Source: a bacterium (GTDB taxonomy: Bacteria; UBA8248). Taken from it: a stretch of DNA of 64,000 nt. The notes beneath the pieces are model-generated. The model searched no databases. It was not told the DNA's origin and saw only the letters and a list, made by a program, of their open reading frames with translations. How positions within the stretch are numbered: the stretch's first letter is position 1; the number at the start of each line of letters is the position of its first letter. This document shows positions 17,955 to 27,570 of the stretch, one piece after another. The position numbers and the translations under genes are program-made. The stretch covers positions 3,360,001 to 3,424,000 of the forward strand of contig CBDBZU010000004.1 of the NCBI GenBank assembly GCA_965213625.1, given 5' to 3'.

Positions 17955-19505
17955 TCAGGAAACCTCTCCTTCTTTCTGGCCCGCCATCAAGGCGCCTATC
18001 TGGTAGATGTCGTATTCGGGGCCGTCGAAGGCGCCCAGAATCTCCCCCGCATAGATGACGACGATGCGGTCGCTCATCTGGCAGAGTTCGTCCAGGTCTT
18101 CTGATATCAGCAGGACGCCCGCGCCGCCCGCGCGAAGCTCACGCAGCCGGCCGTGCACGAACGAGGCGGCCATGACGTCGAGCCCGCGCGTGGGGTTGTT
18201 CGCGATCATCACCTTCCCGCCCGTCCTGTGGGCGAGCATGACCGCGCGCGCCACGATGGTCTTCTGGATGTTCCCGCCCGAGAGGTGCGCGGCCGGCACG
18301 TGTTCGTTACGCGCCAGAATGTTGAACTCCGCAATCGCGTTCCTGCCCAACTCATGCGCGGCCTCGCGCTCGAACACCCCGCGCCGCCTGAAGATGTGCG
18401 GGTGGAGTCCCAACACGAAATTCTCCGCGAGACTCAGGCCCGGCAGAATCCCCTCCTCTATCCTGTCCTGCGGCAGGAGGCTCATCCCCCGCGCGATGCG
18501 CCCGGCCACCGAGAGGGCGGATACCTCCTCGCCGTCGATATGGACCTCGCCCGCTTCCGTCTCGATGAGACCGGCCAGGGCTTCCGCCAGCTCCTTCTGG
18601 CCGTTCCCCGAGATGCCTGCCATGCCGACGATGAGTCCCCGGGGAACGTCGAAGGCGACGCCGGTGAGCGGGACTCCCGACTTCGCCGAGGTGCGCACCC
18701 CCCGGACGGAAAGCGCGGGTGTTCCCTCACGCGCCGCCGAGGGTCCGGTCGGCCGCTCGCCCACGGGCGGCATGCCGCGCTCGCCCATCATCATCTGCAC
18801 GAGCCTGTCGCGGGTGGCCTCCTGGCGGGGGATGGTGTCTATCTTGCAGCCGCCCCGGAACACGGTGATGCGGTCGCAGTTGTCCAGGACCTCCTGGATC
18901 TTGTGCGTGATGAAGACGACCGTCAGCCCGCCCCTGGCGAAGGACTTGAGAATCGCGAACAGGCCGTCCACCTCGTGGGGGGTCAGCATGGTCGTCGGCT
19001 CATCGAGTATGAGGATGTCCGCGCCGTGGTAGAGCGCTTTCAGGATTTCGACTTTCTGCTGGATACCTGCGGGCAGGGTTTTCACCTGCTCGTCCAGCGG
19101 GATGGTGAGGCCGTAGTTCGCGGCCAGTTCCTCCACGGAGCTCCGCCTGGCTTCGACGTCGAGCCGCCAGCGCGAGCCCTCGCGGCCCAGCAGGATGTTC
19201 TCGAGCGCGGTGAAGTTGCCGATCAGCTCCACGTGCTGGTGCACCATCCCGACGCCGACCGCAATCGCATCCTGCGGCGAGTGGATATCCACCGCGCGCC
19301 CGTCGACCGCGATTCGCCCTTCGTCCATGCGGTAGAGGCCGCTCAGGATGTTCATGAGCGTGGTCTTGCCCGCGCCGTTCTCCCCGAGCAGGGCGTGTAT
19401 CTCCCCCTTGGCGGCCTCGAAGTCCACCGCGTCCAGGGCGCGGACCGCCCCGAAGGACTTGCTGACGCCGGTCATCTCGACGCAGGAGTCGTTGTGTTCC
19501 GTCAT
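17955..19505 (-). CDS. ABC transporter ATP-binding protein (double NBD, sugar/nucleoside type)
   Basis: GENGAGKT, ILILDEPT, LSGGNIQK, LLISEDLDE. Confidence 0.95.
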   Translation of the reverse strand: MTEHNDSCVEMTGVSKSFGAVRALDAVDFEAAKGEIHALLGENGAGKTTLMNILSGLYRMDEGRIAVDGRAVDIHSPQDAIAVGVGMVHQHVELIGNFTALENILLGREGSRWRLDVEARRSSVEELAANYGLTIPLDEQVKTLPAGIQQKVEILKALYHGADILILDEPTTMLTPHEVDGLFAILKSFARGGLTVVFITHKIQEVLDNCDRITVFRGGCKIDTIPRQEATRDRLVQMMMGERGMPPVGERPTGPSAAREGTPALSVRGVRTSAKSGVPLTGVAFDVPRGLIVGMAGISGNGQKELAEALAGLIETEAGEVHIDGEEVSALSVAGRIARGMSLLPQDRIEEGILPGLSLAENFVLGLHPHIFRRRGVFEREAAHELGRNAIAEFNILARNEHVPAAHLSGGNIQKTIVARAVMLAHRTGGKVMIANNPTRGLDVMAASFVHGRLRELRAGGAGVLLISEDLDELCQMSDRIVVIYAGEILGAFDGPEYDIYQIGALMAGQKEGEVS

Positions 19506-19584
19506 AACGCCTTCCGTTCCAGGCGCCCCCGCCCTTGATCGCAAATCCGGGAGGGGGCGCCCACACCTTCTATTTACTTCCTGT

Positions 19585-20586
19585 TTACTTCGCCAGCATG
19601 ACCTTCTTCATCACGAGCCGGGGCTTGATCGCGCCCGAGCGCACTTTGCCATACGTCTCCTTGGTTCGCTTCACGGCCTCGGCGGATACGTTCCCCAGCG
19701 AGCCGAGCTCGAAGCCGTTCCCCAGGTTCATGGCGACGTATCCCCCCGGCGATCCTTTCAGGATTCCGTCCATCACCTGCCGGTAGGGAGGCCGGAAGTC
19801 GATGATCAGCGTGCCCGCGAAGTGCTTGGGCGCCTTGTCCGTCTTGTCGGTGTAGAACGTGGTGATCAGCACCTTGCCCTTCGCCTTCTTGGCGGCCTCC
19901 GCCACGCCGTACACGCCAAGATTCACCATGTTGATGATGAAGTCGACGCCGCCTGCGATCATGGCGTCGGCGGTCTGGCGCGCCTTGACCGGATCGTTCT
20001 GGTTGCCGGTGAAGGCGTAGGAGAGCTTCGCCTTGGGGTTGGTCGCCTTGAGCGCGTCCGAAATCGTGTTGATGGAAGCCTTGAAGTCCGGAAGCGGAAT
20101 GCCCGCGATGACGCTCACCTTGTTCGACTTCGTCGAGAGGCCGGCCAGCACGCCGAAGGGATAGAAGGCCTCGTAATAGTGGCGGTGAATGTTCCAGACG
20201 TTCTTGGGCACCTTGAATTTTCCGGAACTCTCCATGACGAAGGTCACTTCTGGAAATTTCGGCGCCAGCTTCTGCACGAGCCGGACGTACTGCCCGCCGT
20301 GGAAGCCGATGATGGTGAAGCCCGAGGAAATGTATTCGCGCGCCACCCGCTCGGCGTCCGCAGGCGAGATGCGCTCCGAATAGGATGTCTCGATCTTGTA
20401 CTTCTTCTTGATGTCCTGGGCGACCTCGTAGCCGCGGAAGTTGTAGTCCGCATCCTCGATGGGTCCGGGCAGGATGACGGCGAACTTGTGGGCCTTCGCG
20501 GCGAGCGCCGTGCCAGGCGCGATCAGGGCCAGGGCGATGAGCGCGGCGGCGGCGAAGAACAGTCTGCGTGTCCATTTGGTTTTCAT
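19585..20586 (-). CDS. BMP-family ABC substrate-binding protein
   Basis: AAGGAGG SD; signal peptide; ILPGPIED..YN..GY, YSERI, KFPEVTF. Confidence 0.85.
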   Translation of the reverse strand: MKTKWTRRLFFAAAALIALALIAPGTALAAKAHKFAVILPGPIEDADYNFRGYEVAQDIKKKYKIETSYSERISPADAERVAREYISSGFTIIGFHGGQYVRLVQKLAPKFPEVTFVMESSGKFKVPKNVWNIHRHYYEAFYPFGVLAGLSTKSNKVSVIAGIPLPDFKASINTISDALKATNPKAKLSYAFTGNQNDPVKARQTADAMIAGGVDFIINMVNLGVYGVAEAAKKAKGKVLITTFYTDKTDKAPKHFAGTLIIDFRPPYRQVMDGILKGSPGGYVAMNLGNGFELGSLGNVSAEAVKRTKETYGKVRSGAIKPRLVMKKVMLAK

Positions 20587-20631
20587 TTCACATTCCTCCT
20601 TGATGAGAAAACACGATATCCCGGGCACCGG

Positions 20632-21573
20632 TCAGTTCCGGGCTTCACGGTCGTATGGCCTCGTGAGCGCGCGCGGGCTTTCGGCCCCCCGCGCGACCTG
20701 GACCAGAACTATCATGGCGAACACGTACGGCAGCATGAGTAAAAACTGCGGCGGTATGAGTTGGGCGTATTGCGGCAGGGCGTTCACCTTGAACTGGAAG
20801 GCGTCAACGTAGGCGAAGAGCAGCGCGCCGACGAACGACCAGACCGGCACCCAGCGACCGAATATCACCAGCATCAGGGCGAGCCATCCCCTGCCGTTCA
20901 CGATGTTGTCCGTAAACGACCCCGAGATCACGAGCGGCAGGTACGCGCCCGCGACGCCCAGGAAAAGTCCGCCCACAACGCACGCGCCGTAGCGCATCCG
21001 GGCGACGTCTATCCCCACCGTGTCCGCCGCGCGCGGGTTTTCCCCGCAGGCGCGGAGCCTCAGGCCCAGCGGCGTCTTGAACAGAAAGAAACTCACCGCA
21101 GCGACGAGGAAATAGGACATGTAGACGAGCCCGTTCTGCGCGAAGAAAATCTCGCCGATGAAGGGGATGCTCCCCAGCAGCGGGATGTGTATCTCTTTTA
21201 GTGTCGGCACCTGGGGGATGGACTGCACGACGCCCACCGCCAGCCGGTAGATGGTGGGCGAGATTCCCAACCCCAGGACGAATATCCCTAGCCCGATGAC
21301 GATCTGGTTCGCCCGCAGGGTGATCGAGAAATACGCCAGGAGCAGCGTCAGGACGCTCCCCGAGAGCGCCGCGACCATGCAACCGATGATCGCGCTGCCC
21401 GAGTAGTAGGTGAGCAGAAAGCCCGTCACCGAACCGAGCGTCACGACCCCCTCGATGCCGACGTTCAGTATCCCCGAGCGCTCGATGATGGTCTCGCCCA
21501 GGCACGCGATGATGAGCGGCGCCATCATGAGCATCGTGAGCTGGAAAAGGGATATGTCGAACAAAAGGGACAA
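20632..21573 (-). CDS. ABC transporter permease (nucleoside/BMP type)
   Basis: ERSGILNVGIEG, GLRLRACGENPRAAD, GRGWLAL..VIFGRW, MLPY. Confidence 0.93.
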   Translation of the reverse strand: MSLLFDISLFQLTMLMMAPLIIACLGETIIERSGILNVGIEGVVTLGSVTGFLLTYYSGSAIIGCMVAALSGSVLTLLLAYFSITLRANQIVIGLGIFVLGLGISPTIYRLAVGVVQSIPQVPTLKEIHIPLLGSIPFIGEIFFAQNGLVYMSYFLVAAVSFFLFKTPLGLRLRACGENPRAADTVGIDVARMRYGACVVGGLFLGVAGAYLPLVISGSFTDNIVNGRGWLALMLVIFGRWVPVWSFVGALLFAYVDAFQFKVNALPQYAQLIPPQFLLMLPYVFAMIVLVQVARGAESPRALTRPYDREARN

Positions 21574-21925
21574 GAAGGCGCACTCCCGACAATGGTGTGA
21601 AAATGCGAAAACTCGCCTCCGAGTGCCGCTTCCCGGGAGACGGGGTGTATGTCCTTGTGGCTTGGCGTCAGTATGCCTTATATATCCTCAAATTCAAAAT
21701 CTAGCGATTTTTTTTCCTGCGTGTAACGCGGATTCCCTTTCTCTCCGGTTCACTCCGGTTTTGGAAAACCGGCCGGCACGCCGCGCACCGTTCGACGTGA
21801 AAGCGGATGCGTTGCCCGCCGCTTTTGGTTCATACATAATGCGCGCATTGCACACGCTTCCCATAATGAACCGACTGCCAAGATGGAGATCGTTTCTTTT
21901 CTTCCTCCTATAGGAGACCTCCGAG

Positions 21926-22642
21926 ATGGAATTGATCGATCTGAGCATGGAAATTTACCGGGACATGCCGATTTACCCGGACCTCCCCGGCCCCTCACTC
22001 ACCGTCGATGAAGACTGGGACACCGTGGCCAGGCGGACGGGCTCCATCAATTACGGCGCCCCCATCGTAACGAACCACTGCGTCATCTTCATGAGCGATC
22101 ACACGGGAACGCACATCGACTCCCCCTGGCACAACAATCCCGACGGCTTCACGACCGAGCGCATCCCGATCGAATGGTGCATGTCTGACGGCGTCGTTCT
22201 CGATTTCACAGATAAAGAGTCGGGCTACGCCATTACGGCGGCGGACTTAGAAGGCGCGCTCCAGAAAATCGACTACACCCTCAAGCCGCTCGACATCGTG
22301 CTCATCCGCACCGACGCGAGCGTGGACTGGCAGACGAACCCCGACTACACCATGAACCAGCCCGGCATGAGCGCCGAGGCGACACACTACTTAATCGACA
22401 ACGGTATCCGCGTGATGGGTATCGACGCGAGCGGCTGGGACGTGCCGATCTGGAAGATGCACGAGACGCGCAGCTACTGGGAGGCCCACCGGGTCATGCT
22501 GGAGAAGGACTACTGCCACATCGAGAACATGATTAACCTGAACCTCATCCCCAAGTCCCACGGGTTCAAGCTCTCGGTGCTGCCCATCAAGTTCCGCGGC
22601 ATGTCGGGCTCCCCCATTCGCGCGGTGGCTATCATCGAGTAG
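21926..22642 (+). CDS. Cyclase family metal-dependent hydrolase (kynurenine formamidase-like)
   Basis: HTGTHIDSPWH (HxGTHxDxPxH), HIENM, GSPIRAVA. Confidence 0.92.
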   Translation: MELIDLSMEIYRDMPIYPDLPGPSLTVDEDWDTVARRTGSINYGAPIVTNHCVIFMSDHTGTHIDSPWHNNPDGFTTERIPIEWCMSDGVVLDFTDKESGYAITAADLEGALQKIDYTLKPLDIVLIRTDASVDWQTNPDYTMNQPGMSAEATHYLIDNGIRVMGIDASGWDVPIWKMHETRSYWEAHRVMLEKDYCHIENMINLNLIPKSHGFKLSVLPIKFRGMSGSPIRAVAIIE

Positions 22643-22667
22643 TCCCCGGGCAACGGAAGCGAGTGAA

Positions 22668-24224
22668 ATGGCGCTGGCCGTCCGCGTCTTAAGCGGCGCG
22701 TACCACGATTCGGTGAAGCTCATGCGCATCAGCGCCGCCGCCTGCGAACGATCGGGCGTCCGGGGGGCGGCGGCCCTCATGGGCACGCCGATGAACCTGG
22801 AGCAACTCGCAGCAAGCGGCCTGTTGGCGGAAGAGGCGAAAAGCGCCGGGCCGAACGACCTCGTACTCGTCGTGGATGCGGAAGACACAGACGCGGCGCA
22901 AGAAGAACTCACCAATATGGAAGCGGCGCTTACCGCCCCCCGCACAAGCGGCGGAGCAGGCCCGCTCGCGAATCTCTCCGCCCCCACGCTCGACGCCGCC
23001 CTCGGTGAAGACCCCGCGATAAACCTCGCCCTCTTCTCGATTCCCGGCCCGAGCGTGCGCAGAGAGGCCGAGCGCGCACTGCGTAAGGGCCTCCACTGCC
23101 TGATCTTCAGCGACAACGTATCCGTAGAAGATGAGGTGGCCCTCAAGCAAATGGGGCGCGATAAGGACTTGCTCGTCATGGGTCCCGACTGCGGCACGGC
23201 GCATGTCGGAGGTATCGGCCTCGGTTTTTGCAACGTCATGAGGCCTGGAAAAATCGGGATCGCGGGCGCTGCGGGCACGGGGATTCAGGAGGCCATGGCC
23301 GCCATCGACGCTGCGGGCGGCGGCATCTCCTGCGCCCTGGGAACCGGCGGGCGTGACGTGTCGGACGCCGTCGGTGGCCTCGGCATGATCCAGGCCATCG
23401 AAACTTTAAGAGAGGATGCGGCGACGGAGGTTCTCCTCGTTCTCGGGAAACCGCCCGAGCCCGCCGCCATGAAAAAAGTGTTGGAGACGACTGCTCGGTG
23501 CGCAAAACCCGTCGTCATCCACTTCGTCGGGGACCGGAGCGAGGATGTCCGCAAACACCCCGGTCTTCACGCGGCGGATTCTCTGGCAGAGGCGGGGCGG
23601 CTCGCCGTCTCGCTGAGCGGTGGACACGCCGACGCTACACCTCCAGAACTCGACTCCGAGGCCAAAGGAAAAATCGCCCAGTGGAGCCGCGTGCGCGAAA
23701 AAGGCCGCCGATTCCTGCGCGGCGTCTACACGGGCGGAACGCTTTGCGCCGAGGCGCAGGCGATCGTTGGTAAAACTATATCGGGGATTCGCTCCAACAC
23801 GCCCGTGAATAAAACGAATGGCGCTATGTCTGACCCCATGAGATCGCAGGGCCATTCCGTCGTGGATATGGGCGACGACCTCTTCACGCGGGGAAAACCC
23901 CATCCCATGATTGACCCCGCGCCCAGAAGCGCGCGTATCCTTCAGGAAGCCCGTGACCCCGAAACGGCGGTGGTGCTCTTGGACTTGGTGCTGGGTCTCG
24001 GTGCGCATGAAGACCCGGCGGGAGAGGCCGCTAAAGCTATAGAGAGTGCGAGAGTCTCTCATCCAGGCGTCTTGTTCATCGGTTCGGTGACGGGAACAGA
24101 AGGCGACCCGCAGGGTATTACGGCCCAGCGCGCCAGATTGAAAAAGGCCGGCGTCCTGGTGGCGGATACGCACGCCGGAGCCTGTCTCGCCGCCGTTTTT
24201 GCACTAGAGGGGCTGGGCGGATGA
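22668..24224 (+). CDS. fdrA: FdrA family acyl-CoA synthetase-like protein (oxamate carbamoyltransferase subunit AllF-like)
   Basis: YHDSVKLM, MGTPMN, FSDNVS, MGPDCGT, GTGGRD, GGTLCAEA, GKPHPMIDP. Confidence 0.9.
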   Translation: MALAVRVLSGAYHDSVKLMRISAAACERSGVRGAAALMGTPMNLEQLAASGLLAEEAKSAGPNDLVLVVDAEDTDAAQEELTNMEAALTAPRTSGGAGPLANLSAPTLDAALGEDPAINLALFSIPGPSVRREAERALRKGLHCLIFSDNVSVEDEVALKQMGRDKDLLVMGPDCGTAHVGGIGLGFCNVMRPGKIGIAGAAGTGIQEAMAAIDAAGGGISCALGTGGRDVSDAVGGLGMIQAIETLREDAATEVLLVLGKPPEPAAMKKVLETTARCAKPVVIHFVGDRSEDVRKHPGLHAADSLAEAGRLAVSLSGGHADATPPELDSEAKGKIAQWSRVREKGRRFLRGVYTGGTLCAEAQAIVGKTISGIRSNTPVNKTNGAMSDPMRSQGHSVVDMGDDLFTRGKPHPMIDPAPRSARILQEARDPETAVVLLDLVLGLGAHEDPAGEAAKAIESARVSHPGVLFIGSVTGTEGDPQGITAQRARLKKAGVLVADTHAGACLAAVFALEGLGG

Positions 24225-25639
24225 GCAGAATAAATTTACTTGAGGGCGTCCGCGTCGCCAACGTCGGCGTGGCGTTGTTCGCGGAAAGTTTGGCCGCGCA
24301 GAATGCCCCCGTGGTGCAGGTGGACTGGCGTCCCCCCGCCGGAGGAGACCCCGAAATGATCGAACACCTCGACCGACTGTCGGTTTGTGATGCCGCGAAC
24401 GACGACGCCATCGAGCGGCTTCAGGCCGCAAGGCCCGTATGGGTGGACATCGGGCTCGCCATAGATGACGTCCCCGGCATGGGTGAGCGCACCCTCTTGC
24501 ACGCAGGACCTCCCATCACCTGGGAACACATGTCGGGGCCTCTCAAGGGCGCGATGATCGGCGCGGCCCTTCTGGAAGGCTGGGCGCAGAACGCGGACGC
24601 TGCCGAACAACTCTGCGCGAGCGGAGAAATTACTTTCGAACCCTGCCACCACCACGCGGCGGTGGGGCCAATGGCGGGCGTGGTCTCGCCCTCGATGCCG
24701 GTGAGCATCATCGAAAACCGCGCGCCCGAAGAACTCGGAGGCGGCGGGAGGGCCTATTGCACGCTGAACGAAGGCCTGGGCAAGGTGCTGCGTTACGGCG
24801 CGTATTCAGAAGACGTGCTGACGCGCCTCAGATGGATGGCGGACGAGCTGGCCCCCGCCCTTCGCGCGGCGCTGCGGGCGACCCCTGAGGGCCTGGATAT
24901 CAAGAACGTCATCGCGCGCGCCCTGCAGATGGGCGATGAGGCCCACAACCGGAACGTCGCGGCCACCTCCACGGTCGCCCGCACCCTCATGCCATACCTC
25001 GCGGAGGCGGTGAGCGATACAGGGGTGATCTTCCGCGTGGCGGAATTTCTTGCAGGCAACGATCACTTCTTCCTGAATCTCGCGATGCCCGCCGCCAAGG
25101 CGAGCCTGGACACCATGGCGGGGGTCGAGGGCTGCTCTCTGGTCTACGCCATGTCGCGCAACGGGACGGATTTCGGCATCAGGGTCGCCGGCCTGGGGGA
25201 CGCGTGGTTCACGGCGCCCGCGAAGCACCCGGTGGGACTGTTCTTCCCGGGCTACTCACAAGAGGACGCCAACCCCGACATCGGGGATTCCGCCATCATG
25301 GAGACGCTCGGCGTCGGCGGCTTCGCCATGGCCGCGGCGCCCGCCATTGTCGAGTTCGTGGGCGGCTCGACGGCGGAAGCATTCCAGGCGACGAACGAGA
25401 TGTACGGCATCACCTGGTCACGGAGCCGCGACTACACCCTGCCCGCCCTCGATTTCGCCGGCGTGCCGACAGGGGTCGACGTGCGCAAAGTGATCGAGAC
25501 GGGCATCTACCCCGTCATCAACACCGGAATCGCCCATAAGGAAGCGGGCATAGGACAGATAGGCGCAGGGGTTCTGCGCGCGCCCGAAGCGCCGTTCCAA
25601 AAAGCCTTCGAAGCTCTGGTCGAGAAATTGTCAAGGTAG
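24221..25639 (+). CDS. DUF1116 protein (YlbE/YahG; AllG-like)
   Basis: VDWRPPAGG, LHAGPP, PCHHH.AVGPMAG, NEGLGKVLRYGA, MGDEAHNRN, DIGDSAI.ET, INTGIAH; overlaps the fdrA stop. Confidence 0.88.
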   Translation: MSRINLLEGVRVANVGVALFAESLAAQNAPVVQVDWRPPAGGDPEMIEHLDRLSVCDAANDDAIERLQAARPVWVDIGLAIDDVPGMGERTLLHAGPPITWEHMSGPLKGAMIGAALLEGWAQNADAAEQLCASGEITFEPCHHHAAVGPMAGVVSPSMPVSIIENRAPEELGGGGRAYCTLNEGLGKVLRYGAYSEDVLTRLRWMADELAPALRAALRATPEGLDIKNVIARALQMGDEAHNRNVAATSTVARTLMPYLAEAVSDTGVIFRVAEFLAGNDHFFLNLAMPAAKASLDTMAGVEGCSLVYAMSRNGTDFGIRVAGLGDAWFTAPAKHPVGLFFPGYSQEDANPDIGDSAIMETLGVGGFAMAAAPAIVEFVGGSTAEAFQATNEMYGITWSRSRDYTLPALDFAGVPTGVDVRKVIETGIYPVINTGIAHKEAGIGQIGAGVLRAPEAPFQKAFEALVEKLSR

Positions 25640-25716
25640 CCGTTCAGGGCTGTTCAGTGCAAGAAAAACCACTCAATTTGGCTCGCGTCAAACGCTCGCT
25701 CTGCGCTTGCGATTGA

Positions 25717-25983
25717 CTATCTGGTTCGCTCGATGAGTTCGCGCAGGGCCATGCGGCTTTCCACCTGCCCTTCGATGAGTTCGCGCAGGGACGCCATCGA
25801 CTCCTCGTGTCTGCGGATGCCTTCTTCTTCCCTGCGGCGGGATTCGGCCATCGCTTCGGCGTGTTTGCGCTCTGAGTCGGCTGCGCGCAATTCGGCGCCT
25901 TTCGCCATGACACGGATGCCATAATAGATCAGGGCGAGACCGCCGTAAGAGGCAATGAGGTTGAGGTATTCGAACGTCGTCAT
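25717..25983 (-). CDS. Small TM + coiled-coil repeat protein, copy 3 (88 aa)
   Basis: GGGAGA SD; MTTFEYLNLIASYGGLALIYYGIRVMAKGAELRAADSE...LIERTR, nearly identical to the copy 2 N-terminus. Confidence 0.78.
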   Translation of the reverse strand: MTTFEYLNLIASYGGLALIYYGIRVMAKGAELRAADSERKHAEAMAESRRREEEGIRRHEESMASLRELIEGQVESRMALRELIERTR

Positions 25984-26022
25984 GCCAATTCTCCCAGGAT
26001 ATGGGCCCCTCATTTTCCTCGT

Positions 26023-26087
26023 TAAGTAATGACTAACTATTAAGTAATGACTAACTATATATAAGAGTTGAATTCGCGTTTCGTCAA
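26023..26087 (-). promoter_or_regulatory. Putative promoter of copy 3 with an 18-bp perfect tandem repeat downstream of -10
   Basis: TTGACG (26087-26082)-N18-TATATA; taagtaatgactaactat twice at 26023-26058. Confidence 0.6.
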
Positions 26088-26445
26088 ATCCCCCTGTAGT
26101 GACAGCCCCTCCTCGGGGCTGTCCCGCAGGTCGAGACCTGCCCGTCCCTACCTTACCGACGAATTCCCTCAAACGCCGAGCTTGACAAGCCGTCCTCTGA
26201 ATCAAGCACATCCAGATTACCGGCCTTCTTCGTCCGTCATTCCGGCATACGCCGGGATGACGACGTTTTGTGATCAATACCGAAAAAAAGGTCATAACGC
26301 CCCTGTGTTTTCGCTTAGGGTTTGCGCGGCGCGTTTTGGGAGCTATGATAAAGATATCTTAAGAAGAATAAATCAACGGTGGGAAATTACCGGCCATTGG
26401 GTTCGTACTTTGGTTTCGCATCGTATTCAAGGAGAGGAGTTAACC

Positions 26446-27414
26446 ATGGAATATACGAAATCGGAAGCGAAAGCGTATTGCAGGGAACACATGACGGGCG
26501 TCTGGGCAGCCCTCACGACACCCTTCACGCCATCTGGAGAACTGGACGAAGAGGGCCTTCGCCGGATCGTGAGAACGTGCATCGACGATCTGAAGATCGA
26601 CGGGTTTTTCTGCAACGGGCTGATGGGCGAGTACTGGTCGCTCTCGCCGGAAGAACGCAAGCGTGTCCAGCACATCGTCTGCGAGGAAAGCCGGGGAGGC
26701 GCGCAGACCATCCCCCACACCCCGCACATCAACATCAAAGAGGCGGTGGAACTCACGAAACACGCAGAGGAAGTGGGGGCGGATTACGCCATCATGATCA
26801 ACCCGATCTACGGCGCGCACGATGACGACGAGATTTTCCTCTATTTCAAGACCATCTGCGATCAGATAGATATAGGGCTTTCACTGTTCAACCAGCCGAA
26901 GTCGGGCACGACGCTCAGCCCCGAACTCATCGAGCGACTTTGTACGCTCGAGAACATCTGCTGCATCAAGAACGCGGTTCCGAGCATGGCGCACCAGAGC
27001 GAAGTGCGACGCCGCGTGGGGGACGAAATCGTCGTCTGCGACCCGAACGAGGAGAACTTTCTCGTGAGCCTCCTGCACCTGGGAATGCAGGTGCACATGT
27101 CCTCGCCCGTGCCGTATCTCTTCCAGGTGCCGAGCTATACGCCGATACGCAATTACTACGAGGCGGCGATGGCCGGCGACCTGGAGAAGGCCTGGCAGAT
27201 CAACTACTCGCTCGAGCCCCTTCGCACGGTCCGCAAGAAGTATTTCACGACGGGTCCGAACGGACGCACAACGGCGTATCTCAAAGAATGGTCGAGTCTG
27301 CTCGGCATGCCCGCAGGCGATCCGCGTCCACCCATCGTGCCCCTCACGCAGCGGGAGAAGGACGCATTCAGAAAAGACCTGGAGGCGACGGGGATACTGG
27401 ACCGAGTGAAGTAG
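26446..27414 (+). CDS. Dihydrodipicolinate synthase family (class I aldolase/lyase), probably not DapA
   Basis: GAGGAG SD; ALTTPF..GELDEEG, NGLMGE, GADY, IKN Schiff-base Lys, PRPP. Confidence 0.85.
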   Translation: MEYTKSEAKAYCREHMTGVWAALTTPFTPSGELDEEGLRRIVRTCIDDLKIDGFFCNGLMGEYWSLSPEERKRVQHIVCEESRGGAQTIPHTPHINIKEAVELTKHAEEVGADYAIMINPIYGAHDDDEIFLYFKTICDQIDIGLSLFNQPKSGTTLSPELIERLCTLENICCIKNAVPSMAHQSEVRRRVGDEIVVCDPNEENFLVSLLHLGMQVHMSSPVPYLFQVPSYTPIRNYYEAAMAGDLEKAWQINYSLEPLRTVRKKYFTTGPNGRTTAYLKEWSSLLGMPAGDPRPPIVPLTQREKDAFRKDLEATGILDRVK

Positions 27415-27570
27415 GGTTTGATTGCAGGGACAGGTCGTGACGTGTCCCTACGCATTCGGCGATTGTGATTTTCGTTCGTAATAACGGCGCAAACAGGAAC
27501 GACGTAGGTTGTAGAAAGGGGGATATTTCACTTTCACTTAGTTCCCAACATACCGAATGGAGGTGCCACT

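Noticed and set aside
16733-20742. Long plus-strand ORFs (441, 461 and 464 aa)
   Set aside because: Antisense shadows of the GC-rich ABC genes, with Arg-rich composition and no motifs
25984-26445. N-terminal extensions of ORFs 25717..26295 and 26068..27414
   Set aside because: They run through promoter and repeat DNA; SD-supported starts are at 25983 and 26446
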